The notes beneath the pieces are model-generated. The model had not been told where the DNA came from. It ran no database searches and was given only the letters and a program-made list of their open reading frames with translations. Below, piece after piece: positions 22,501 to 30,008 of a DNA stretch of 31,336 nt (position 1 is its first letter; each line of letters starts with the position of its first letter). A program made the translations under genes and the position numbers. The stretch is from Prevotellaceae bacterium UBA3646 (GTDB lineage: Bacteria > Bacteroidota > Bacteroidia > Bacteroidales > Bacteroidaceae), in contig DFKL01000076.1 of the NCBI GenBank assembly GCA_002373535.1, positions 1 through 31,336 on the forward strand, given 5' to 3'.

Positions 22501-22560
22501 GAGGGAGCCGAAGGGTCCAGGCTCTATATCGAAAGTATAACCATATATTACGAAGATTGA
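19537..22560 (+). CDS. Lipoprotein with two PCMD-like (putative carbohydrate metabolism) domains and four Ig-like repeats
   Basis: SPII lipobox LMVSC (Cys23). PCMD hallmarks occur twice: NIPLAAGSMFNG...FGAPCPHKP...SSWRGAYFEGALDSKLYMDNIKV and TVPGMLFNG...YGAPFLHKP...SSWNALNMEGAEGSRLYIESITI. Recognised by eye. Confidence 0.8.
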   Translation: MKIKSLLISVLMAMSSTVLMVSCISEAPLEIECDIDEIYVHVDKPLEVFNSESDTLHQFLPIDTRHVFSVRHDASLGRYPVYIKTSKGSTAYIVVDGREELFENGMPVDFAGERIQKFVVRCESGEWSKTYEISMERQPAYTVLTEMLIDFNGNYTVQGTTSATPGYYVWKETDPVITKNLFRAGDPVWKNGNPGYILSRGSSAPEDYPTVPVFNGGMDGTDCVKLHTRSTGSFGQMVNIPLAAGSMFNGLFDSSKALSDARKATRFGAPCPHKPVRIEADLKYEPGSRFQDSEENEITGVVDEPDLYCVIYRNVDENGNPVMLDGDDILTSKYILGVARLQHTYNMVWNEEEQRHIPEPVLTNSPTHGVTTEWGHVSIPVNYDFFQTGHENTLDPVILKNRGYSVVIGSTSSWRGAYFEGALDSKLYMDNIKVIFEDPEDQGDDTLPITSASIVVDDPLALFQEESDSVRYLEEGATNIIFPVKWDADMKSVPLTIHAGKGYAVYDENGKAFVSGTKVDLSKDKVLKLKVRDSEGKLEIVYTVSAKFQDQPVPTLSTAAIIVSTPLSIFNSVGDSVQGPSASNEIIFPVRWDAVVTSVPLTLNVSKWATIQDAAGNAFVSGSTVDLSDGQFHQFKVFSQDGSQENTYKVKVQYAGQTEFSVSSFSIVVQNPLDIFRQAADSVQTASEAGEVIFPVKWNADVTSVPLTIHATRFSTIYDENDDTFISGQNVNLSDGRFHTFTVKSRFGKKTLTYKVRADIGQEPRYVFSFENGSTTSGYYTWSDANLASSWQTTNAMFKVLRNGASVAECPARLDGTTLLLETTANNPTYAPILKMRTVPGMLFNGTMDSYSQQQAISGGQPYFQSLPHYGAPFLHKPTKMKVRAKYIPGEKYYRGNTYIADETDSPDVYCVFYRNMGGQFTLSADNLFTHGNIAGYARLHGSGKRIGTTWTDLEFKIETYNVDAKAMAGGGYSMAVGATSSWNALNMEGAEGSRLYIESITIYYED
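20875..21822 (+). repeat. Three tandem ~105-aa Ig-like repeats inside the lipoprotein (a fourth, more diverged copy at ~19630-19950)
   Basis: IIFPVKWDADMKSVPLTIH / IIFPVRWDAVVTSVPLTLN / VIFPVKWNADVTSVPLTIH; AFVSGTKVDLS / AFVSGSTVDLS / TFISGQNVNLS. Confidence 0.9.
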
Positions 22561-23408
22561 TGAACAGGATAGTAAGATATGCCACGGCATTCATATTATG
22601 CGCCATCTCGGTGCAGACGTGGGCCCAGGAGACAAATGTCGACACACCTATTCCCGTTGCAGACAAGTGGGAACGCTGGGGACCGACCAGTCGTACAGGC
22701 TTTGGTTTCCTCTTGAAGATGGGCTACAGCATAGGAGGCTATTCACCACTCCCCATTCCGCGCGAAATCCGTGAGATACAGAAGTTCAGTCCTCAAGGCG
22801 GTCTCAGCGTAGGCGTAGAGGGATACAAGATGTTCAATCGCCGCTGGGGACTCAAGGTAGGCCTCATTCTGGCCAATCAGGGATTCTCCACAAAGGCCGA
22901 GGTAAAGAACTACTATACCAAGATAGTACTTGACGGCGAAGAGCAGAAAGGCTGGTTCACGGGAATTAACGAGACCAGCATCAACAACTGGACTATAACG
23001 ATACCCGTAATGGCCACGTTCCGCATGAGTCCCAGGTGGAATGTCAGCCTGGGCCCCTATCTCCAGATGTTCCTGTCAAAGAACTTTGATGCCAAGGTAC
23101 ACGGCTTCCCCGAGGCCGAGCGTGCCGAGTCGGCATACCTCCGCGTAGACCACGGTGATGGCACAGGCCCTACGCAGGACAAGAACATATTTGGCCCGGA
23201 CAAGGTAGCCACTGCCAGCCTTGGAAAGGATATGGTCACCTGCACCACAGGCATGGAACTCCTCTTTGACTGGAAGGTCACCAGGCACATAAGTGCTTTT
23301 GGCAAGCTCGACTGGGGCTTTACCAGCATCTTCCCCGGCGATTACGACACCGTTCGCTTCAAGATGTTCCCGATATTCGGGACGATAGGCGGAGCATACA
23401 GCTATTAG
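22560..23408 (+). CDS. Outer-membrane beta-barrel (porin/PorT-like family), probable start MNRIVRY at 22560
   Basis: SPI signal (…VQTWA-Q), amphipathic strands (LKMGYSIGG, WGLKVGL, WNVSLGPY, ISAFGKLDWGF), C-terminal beta-signal FGTIGGAYSY; TGATG overlap with the upstream lipoprotein stop. Confidence 0.85.
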   Translation: MNRIVRYATAFILCAISVQTWAQETNVDTPIPVADKWERWGPTSRTGFGFLLKMGYSIGGYSPLPIPREIREIQKFSPQGGLSVGVEGYKMFNRRWGLKVGLILANQGFSTKAEVKNYYTKIVLDGEEQKGWFTGINETSINNWTITIPVMATFRMSPRWNVSLGPYLQMFLSKNFDAKVHGFPEAERAESAYLRVDHGDGTGPTQDKNIFGPDKVATASLGKDMVTCTTGMELLFDWKVTRHISAFGKLDWGFTSIFPGDYDTVRFKMFPIFGTIGGAYSY

Positions 23409-23456
23409 CGATAGTATTAAAGGAAACAGGCAGAATCAATAAAAAGAGAACTTCAG

Positions 23457-26363
23457 ATGAGGAAAATATTTACGTCGTTAGTTGTAAGCCTTCTAGCCTT
23501 CGCAGTCAGGGCGCAGGAAACATACATGTTTCAAAACCCCGGTTTCGAGCAGTGGGGAGATATATCCTACAGCGGAGTGACACAGACAGCCCCCGTGGCA
23601 TGGCATTCCTACCTTACAGGCACGGGAGCGGTAAAGGCCAACGCTACAAAGTATGCAGCCCCGCTGGAAAAAGGAGAGCCACGCCCTGGCTCAGCAGGCA
23701 CCACAAGCGTTGTTATAAAGGCCAAGAACTATCTGACGCTGAATCTTGCAGGTAACATAACAACAGGATGTGTCGAGATGGGACACCTCAACCAGGGAAA
23801 CACCACAGTCAACTACAACTACACCGACATCCCCGGAGGCCAGGCTATGCCGTTTACCGGACGCCCTGATTCTATGAAGGTCTGGATTCGTTTCAGCGGC
23901 GTGAACAAAGGACAGATAGCAGCATACCTGCACAGCGATGGACGCTTCCAGTTCCCGATAGCCACAGGCCAGGCAATTACGGCACAGATGGTAGGCAGCG
24001 CAGCATCGTTTGCCGACAGCAACGACCAGTGGACGGAATACACCATACCATTCAACTATGTAGGCATAGACAATCCGGCATATGCACTCGTATCGTTCAC
24101 GACCACCAACATACCAGGCCGTGGCAGCAAGGACGACTACATGTACATAGACGACATCTCACTCGTATACAACAGCGAGCTTACCGAGATCAAGTACAAC
24201 GGTAAAAGCATAATAGGCAAGACTTCCGTAGATGCCGAATACGACGAGAGCAAACTTTCCGGACTTAGGTCCAATGGAGCCGGAGCCGTCATATCACACG
24301 AGTACGATCCTGACACATACATCCTTACCGTAAAGGTGACAGCCCAGGACGAAAGCTCCACACACACATACACCTACCAGTTCCGCAAACCCACCGTATA
24401 TTATACCATCACATTCCTTACCCATGACGGCCAGACAATAACCTCCAGGACCGTTCAGGAGGGAACCCCCGTCACCCCGCCCAATGCACCGGCACGCGAA
24501 GGATATACTTTCTCCGGATGGAGTCCCGAGATTGTCTCCCCGGCACAAGGCGATGCCACCTATACGGCCACCTACGAGGAGATAGTTCCCGACGACGTAT
24601 ACTACACAGTCACCTTCCTGGACTATGACGGCCAGACCATCTTCACCACACAAGTCAAGGAGGGCGACAACATCATCGTCCCGGACGACCCTGTACGCGA
24701 AGGATACACCTTTACAGGATGGACGCCGGCCATCGTCAGCATCGTAACCGCCAACGCCACCTACATGGCCACCTACGAGAAGGACGAAGAGCCGGAACCC
24801 GTACACCAATGGCCAACCGCAGGGACCGAGAAGACATACCAGGACAATGTCACCGTGGCAATCAACGGCCAGAAGGAAAATCCGCAGCCATGTACCGTCC
24901 TTGTCAGATACGGCCAGGATGGAGCCATAGATTTCTCCCTCAATGATTTTGTACTCATCAGCAACGGAGACGAAATCCCCGTCGGCAATATCAGCGTCAG
25001 CAACATAGCCCAGGAATGGGACCGTACCATATCCGCCGGCAAGTTCACCTACAACGGCAACATCACCATCCCCGAGGGTAGCGACCCTTCAAAGTTCTGG
25101 ATGGGACCCTACCTTGGTGTCATACCAATGCAGATGACAGGCGAGATGAACGACGGTCAGCTGCATGTACGCATCTTCATCAACCTCATGTCCACCATGG
25201 GGCAGATGATACAAGTCGAGGTCGGAAACGAACTCGGTCAGGATGCCGAGCCCATAATAACCTATAAGCTCAAGCCCGGCTCCGTGACCTTCACCCCATC
25301 CGTGCTGACATACGATGCAACCACCGTCCAGATGTCCTACGTAATACTCAAGCACTCATCCAAGGCAGACGTCCAGGACGTCGAGATACCACGCACTGCC
25401 ACCCTTGACTGGTTCCGGACAGACGCCGAGAAGCCTATAGCCGGCACATACTACGATTCAGAATACAAGGTAGAGGTACAGTACTATATCCTCAAGCCCG
25501 CCAAGCCCGCCCCCAAGATAACCTATTGGCTCAAGTCGGAATCCATCAGCTACAGCCCGGAGGTAATACCGTACGATGCCACGTCCGTCAACCTCAACTA
25601 TGTCGTCATCAAGCACTCTTCCGACGAAAGCGTTGCAGACCAGGAGATAAACCGCACATACGCCATCACGTGGGAAGCAACAGACGACGAAGTCAAGATG
25701 AGCGGCACATACACAGACACCAAGTACGGCGTACAAGTACCATACAGCATCTGGAAGCTTGCCAAGCCGGCATGGGTCATGCCCACCTCAGGCACCAAGA
25801 CATACAAGGAAGATCTCTACGTCGGAGTCGACGGCAAGCTCAACGGCCCCATGGACAGCGAGGTGCAGATTACGTTTCATGACGACAACACCATAGACCT
25901 GGCACTCTACAATTTCATCCTCAAGTCAGGAGACTCGGAACTATACGTAGGCAACATCCTCATAGAAGCCGTAGACCTCACGGACACAGGCCATCACTAT
26001 TCGACCTTCGAGTACAACGGAACTTTGGAGATAGCCGCAGGCACAGACCCCTTCGATGCACAATGGATGGGTCCCCTGCTGGGCACCCTGCCACTGCCTA
26101 CGGCCGGCAAGATCAACAACGAGGAACTCTTCGTAACCATCCAGTTAAAGGCCGGTGGACAGAATATAGACGTACAACTCGGTCACAAGACCTTCTTCGA
26201 CAATCTGGACGGTCAAGAATTTACCGGCGTCACGGATTTCGGTACACACACACCCTCGTTCCGCCCCGCCGTCCGCTCATGCTACGACCTGCAAGGCCGT
26301 CGCACAAGCCCTTCGTCCCGTGGAATACACATCATAGACGGCCGCCTCGTCATGAGACAGTGA
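23457..26363 (+). CDS. Secreted modular protein: PCMD-like domain, 2x InlB-B/Listeria-Bacteroides repeat, 2x calycin-like domain, 2x unassigned repeat, T9SS-type CTD
   Basis: SPI (FAVRA-Q); NPGFEQW...FTGRPDSMKVWIRF...YMYIDDISLVY; YTITF..DG...P.REGYTF.GW twice; WMGPYLG / WMGPLLG; C-terminus YDLQGRR...RGIHIIDGRLVMRQ. Confidence 0.78.
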   Translation: MRKIFTSLVVSLLAFAVRAQETYMFQNPGFEQWGDISYSGVTQTAPVAWHSYLTGTGAVKANATKYAAPLEKGEPRPGSAGTTSVVIKAKNYLTLNLAGNITTGCVEMGHLNQGNTTVNYNYTDIPGGQAMPFTGRPDSMKVWIRFSGVNKGQIAAYLHSDGRFQFPIATGQAITAQMVGSAASFADSNDQWTEYTIPFNYVGIDNPAYALVSFTTTNIPGRGSKDDYMYIDDISLVYNSELTEIKYNGKSIIGKTSVDAEYDESKLSGLRSNGAGAVISHEYDPDTYILTVKVTAQDESSTHTYTYQFRKPTVYYTITFLTHDGQTITSRTVQEGTPVTPPNAPAREGYTFSGWSPEIVSPAQGDATYTATYEEIVPDDVYYTVTFLDYDGQTIFTTQVKEGDNIIVPDDPVREGYTFTGWTPAIVSIVTANATYMATYEKDEEPEPVHQWPTAGTEKTYQDNVTVAINGQKENPQPCTVLVRYGQDGAIDFSLNDFVLISNGDEIPVGNISVSNIAQEWDRTISAGKFTYNGNITIPEGSDPSKFWMGPYLGVIPMQMTGEMNDGQLHVRIFINLMSTMGQMIQVEVGNELGQDAEPIITYKLKPGSVTFTPSVLTYDATTVQMSYVILKHSSKADVQDVEIPRTATLDWFRTDAEKPIAGTYYDSEYKVEVQYYILKPAKPAPKITYWLKSESISYSPEVIPYDATSVNLNYVVIKHSSDESVADQEINRTYAITWEATDDEVKMSGTYTDTKYGVQVPYSIWKLAKPAWVMPTSGTKTYKEDLYVGVDGKLNGPMDSEVQITFHDDNTIDLALYNFILKSGDSELYVGNILIEAVDLTDTGHHYSTFEYNGTLEIAAGTDPFDAQWMGPLLGTLPLPTAGKINNEELFVTIQLKAGGQNIDVQLGHKTFFDNLDGQEFTGVTDFGTHTPSFRPAVRSCYDLQGRRTSPSSRGIHIIDGRLVMRQ
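24396..24783 (+). repeat. Two tandem InlB B-repeat-like (Listeria-Bacteroides repeat) units
   Basis: VYYTITFLTHDGQTI...PAREGYTFSGWSP...GDATYTATYE and VYYTVTFLDYDGQTI...PVREGYTFTGWTP...ANATYMATYE; DNA similarity is also visible (gacggccagac; cgcgaaggata). Confidence 0.85.
25254..25769 (+). repeat. Two tandem ~86-aa unassigned repeats
   Basis: ITYKLKPGSVTFTPSVLTYDATTVQMSYVILKHSS...GTYYDSEYKVEVQYYILKPAKP versus ITYWLKSESISYSPEVIPYDATSVNLNYVVIKHSS...GTYTDTKYGVQVPYSIWKLAKP. Confidence 0.88.
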
Positions 26364-26412
26364 AACGACATCCGACAGAAGATAACCAAGAAAGCAGAAG
26401 AAAGAAAATAAG

Positions 26413-29400
26413 ATGAAAAGAATCTTTTACACCCTTGTCATGGCAGCAGCAGCCATCTCATCCAACGCACAGTACCAGATAGGCAATTCAGACTTCGAGC
26501 AGTGGGAAAGCGTTACCTACAGCGGAAAGACAGGCGAGGAGCCCCTGCAGTGGAGTTCATTCCTGGACGGCACCGGCTCCATGAAGGGAATGGCAGGAGC
26601 AGCACAACTCTGGAAGAGCACCGAGACACGCCCTGGCACCGAGGGACGCTATAGCGCAGAAATCAAGGCACGCAACGTAATGTTCGGCATCATAGCCCAG
26701 GGCAACCTCACCACAGGCTGCGTCAATATGGGCTCCACTACCGCCACAGATGCAAGCGGCAACTACAACTATATCAACGAGAGCCGCACCGACCAGTCAA
26801 TGCGCTTCACCGGTCACCCCGATGCAGCACGCTATTGGGTCAGGTTCAACGGCAAGAACGACGGCAAGGTCAGCATCATCCTCACCACCAAAGGCTACTA
26901 CCAGGACCCTCAGGCCAACAAAATTACCGCTACCGTCGTAGCCAGCAGCATCAAGTCCACCCCCAGCAACGGCACCTGGACCCAGTACGTCGTACCCTTC
27001 GACGTCAAGGACGCGACCCTGGACCCATACTACGTCCTCGTAAACGTAAGCACCAGCGCAGTACCCGGTGACGGCGCCGAGGCCGACCACCTCTACATCG
27101 ACGACATGGAGATGCTCTACTACAGCGAGGCCAAGAGCATCATCTACGACGGCCAGGACATACTCGGTCAGAGCAAGATGAACTGCCTTTTCGACCCCGA
27201 AAAGCTCACCACCGTCACTACCACCGGCCGTGCCGCCACATGGACATACAGCTTCGACTACAACACATACGCCCTTACCGTGACCGTCAAGGGCGAAGAC
27301 ATCAGCCATAACCCCGACAACTACCACACATACACCATACCGTTCACCAAGCCCGATGCCGACATCAGCACCGCCACACAGGACGGCATAGACCTGCTTG
27401 CCAACTCTCAGAGCGTTATATATAATAAGGAACGCGTACAGCTCACCTTCAACCAGGACGTCAAGTCACACACCGAGACCTTCGACGTCACTACCTGTCA
27501 GCTTACGGTCGTGATGACAGACATCTTCGACAACAAGATAACACGCGTCATCCAGTTCCACGTACCAGCTCCCGCCATCGAGTCCGCCATGTGGCAAGGT
27601 GAGCCCGTCGGAGTAGAAGACTTTGCCACCACGGACATCTACAGCGAACAAGACTTCGTACTCACGCCCAACGCCGATGCAAACCTCGTACGCACGTTCG
27701 ACGAGACCACCCTCATCCTCACCGTCACCGCCCAGGCGGCACCAGGCTACGAAATCTTCAATCGCATATACACATACCAGTTCGGCCTCGGCCAGATGCC
27801 AGACCCGCGACAGGAAACCGTCGAGCCCGTCAAGATGGAGAAGAACCGCCAGTACTATATCAAGAACAAATACCACGGCCGGTACGTCAAGGACGACAAC
27901 ACCCTCTCCTCAGGCGAAGGCACCGAGCTCACCAAGTGGACCGTGACAGACGACAACTGCATACGAAGCTCAAACAACAGATACTTCAACATCACCATCA
28001 ACACCAGTGCCCTTGTCACATCCCCCTCGAGCGTATCCTATAGCGTCAGCAGCACCTCCGCCTCCCAGCTCGACATACAGCAGTCTACCGACGGCTACAT
28101 CTTATCCAGCACCGCCACATGGTGGGCATGGTTCGTCGAGCGCTCATACCAGGCATACCTCTACTGGAAGGAAAATCCGGCAGAAGGCGTCGACGGAGCC
28201 AACACCATGCAAGCCTACGGCGACGGAGACCCCCGCAACGACCTTGCCAAGTGGCAATTCTTCGACTGCAACACAGTAGACTGCCTCAATCTCCGCATAC
28301 AACTGTACGACGAGCTCACCCGCGCCCAGCAGATGGGAATGGACATCACGGCCTATCGCCAGACCATGAACAAGAACGCCACCGACAAGAACGTCCTTAA
28401 CGAGCTTCTTGCCACCGTCCGTGCCGACCAGTTCAACTTCGTCAACGACGGATTCACCGTAGACCGCACCGCCCTGCTCGGCACCACAGACCTCACCGAC
28501 GCCACATATTGGAATACCAATATGTCCAAGAACACCACCGGTGGCCATCACTGGGACGGCACCATGACACCATACTACGAGCAGTCAGCCTCCCCCGTCA
28601 ATCTGTACGACACATCCGCCCCATGGACATCCAGCGCCAGCCAGACCGTCCATCTCCCAGCCGGCCACTACATGGTCAAGGCCACCGCGCGTGCCAGCCA
28701 GCAAGCCCAGTCATACATCCAGGTCGGCGATCAGCAAGTCTCCTTCCCCTCCAAGGGCGATACCGGCCGTGGCGTAGACGTCAACGGCAAAGTCAATTTC
28801 CGTAGCTCCGGCACCTATGCCAACAACAACATCGGTCGCGGCTGGGAATACCGCTACCTCGCCTTCGACGTGCAAAATCCAGACGACGCCGTCACCATCG
28901 AGATTGGCGGCTCCTGCCCCGGCATCATCCACCAGTGGATCTCCATCAGCGACATCCAGCTCCTTGCCAAGCCAGCCCCCGAGCTCAAGATGCTGCAGTA
29001 CACATACGACGGCAAGGACTATACACCCACAGCCGACAACACCATCGACCTCTCAGACATCTACTGGAAGGAAGAACTCACACCCGAAGTCCATACCGCC
29101 GGCTACGGTGACTACGAGTGCCGTTTCGACTCCGTCCAGTGGCAGATGCACGTAACCCTCACCCAAGAGTCCGGCATCAACTACGGCTACGCCCCCGTGC
29201 GTTACACCATCCAGTACCACAAGCCCTCGCCCGCCCTCACCACCCTCACCTTCGACGGCGAGGACATCCTCGGCGCCACCACCGTCGACAAGTACTACAA
29301 TGCCAGCCTGCTGACCTACGCCACCAACCAGGACACACAGAAAGTACGCCAGACCTTCGACCGCAAGACCAACGTACTCACCATCGTCACCAGCGGCTAC

Positions 29401-30000
29401 AATCTGGAACACACCTACACCATCACCTTCCGTGACGCATCCGCTGTCAGCACCCAGTTCACCGAACTCGTAGCCGTCACCATCAACGATGACGCCTCCG
29501 ACCCCGAGCAGACCACCGTCTACACCCGCGACAACGGCGACGGCACCTTCGACTTCGAGCTCCCCGACTTCCAGCTCAACGTCGGCGGCGAGGCAATGCC
29601 CATCGGCACCATCGTCCTCTCCGGCATCACTATGACCAACCAAGACGGCGTCAGCACGTTCCGCATCCGTCAGACCGTCACCATTGCCGCAGGCGACAAG
29701 GAAGGAATCACCACCGACGAATGGTTCGGTCCCTGGCTCGGCAATATACCCATCGACCTCACCATAGGCAAGATCTACGCAGGCCGCCTGTACTGCGAGA
29801 TGGACATAGACATGCAGGAGACACTCGGCCAGACCATCCGCGTCGTCGTCGGCCAGGACATCGAGACCGCCGTCCGTGACATCAACGCCCATGGCACGCA
29901 GGACACCTCCGCCCCCGCCTACGACCTCAGCGGACGCCGCATCACCTCCGGCACGCGCGGTATACAGATACGCCGTGGTCACAAAGTCATAGTCCGATAG
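26413..30000 (+). CDS. Secreted modular protein: PCMD-like domain, five copies of an unassigned ~70-80-aa module, lectin/CBM-like core, calycin-like domain, T9SS-type CTD
   Basis: SPI (ISSNA-Q); NSDFEQW...FTGHPDAARYWVRF...HLYIDDMEMLY; calycin-like WFGPWLGNIP...LGQTIRVVVG; C-terminus TAVRDI...AYDLSGRR...RGIQIRRGHKVIVR. Confidence 0.78.
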   Translation: MKRIFYTLVMAAAAISSNAQYQIGNSDFEQWESVTYSGKTGEEPLQWSSFLDGTGSMKGMAGAAQLWKSTETRPGTEGRYSAEIKARNVMFGIIAQGNLTTGCVNMGSTTATDASGNYNYINESRTDQSMRFTGHPDAARYWVRFNGKNDGKVSIILTTKGYYQDPQANKITATVVASSIKSTPSNGTWTQYVVPFDVKDATLDPYYVLVNVSTSAVPGDGAEADHLYIDDMEMLYYSEAKSIIYDGQDILGQSKMNCLFDPEKLTTVTTTGRAATWTYSFDYNTYALTVTVKGEDISHNPDNYHTYTIPFTKPDADISTATQDGIDLLANSQSVIYNKERVQLTFNQDVKSHTETFDVTTCQLTVVMTDIFDNKITRVIQFHVPAPAIESAMWQGEPVGVEDFATTDIYSEQDFVLTPNADANLVRTFDETTLILTVTAQAAPGYEIFNRIYTYQFGLGQMPDPRQETVEPVKMEKNRQYYIKNKYHGRYVKDDNTLSSGEGTELTKWTVTDDNCIRSSNNRYFNITINTSALVTSPSSVSYSVSSTSASQLDIQQSTDGYILSSTATWWAWFVERSYQAYLYWKENPAEGVDGANTMQAYGDGDPRNDLAKWQFFDCNTVDCLNLRIQLYDELTRAQQMGMDITAYRQTMNKNATDKNVLNELLATVRADQFNFVNDGFTVDRTALLGTTDLTDATYWNTNMSKNTTGGHHWDGTMTPYYEQSASPVNLYDTSAPWTSSASQTVHLPAGHYMVKATARASQQAQSYIQVGDQQVSFPSKGDTGRGVDVNGKVNFRSSGTYANNNIGRGWEYRYLAFDVQNPDDAVTIEIGGSCPGIIHQWISISDIQLLAKPAPELKMLQYTYDGKDYTPTADNTIDLSDIYWKEELTPEVHTAGYGDYECRFDSVQWQMHVTLTQESGINYGYAPVRYTIQYHKPSPALTTLTFDGEDILGATTVDKYYNASLLTYATNQDTQKVRQTFDRKTNVLTIVTSGYNLEHTYTITFRDASAVSTQFTELVAVTINDDASDPEQTTVYTRDNGDGTFDFELPDFQLNVGGEAMPIGTIVLSGITMTNQDGVSTFRIRQTVTIAAGDKEGITTDEWFGPWLGNIPIDLTIGKIYAGRLYCEMDIDMQETLGQTIRVVVGQDIETAVRDINAHGTQDTSAPAYDLSGRRITSGTRGIQIRRGHKVIVR

Positions 30001-30008
30001 ACATACAC

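Noticed and set aside
22482-22559. Upstream ATG (22482) for the beta-barrel; likewise extended starts for ftsA (5851), murE (14526) and mraZ (18455)
   Set aside because: The extensions overlap neighbouring genes or promoters; downstream ATGs give proper signal peptides or family N-termini.
24396-25769. Internal repeats as a DGR template/variable-repeat pair or shufflon
   Set aside because: Differences are not adenine-specific, the repeats are in-frame protein domains, and no reverse transcriptase or recombinase is in the window.
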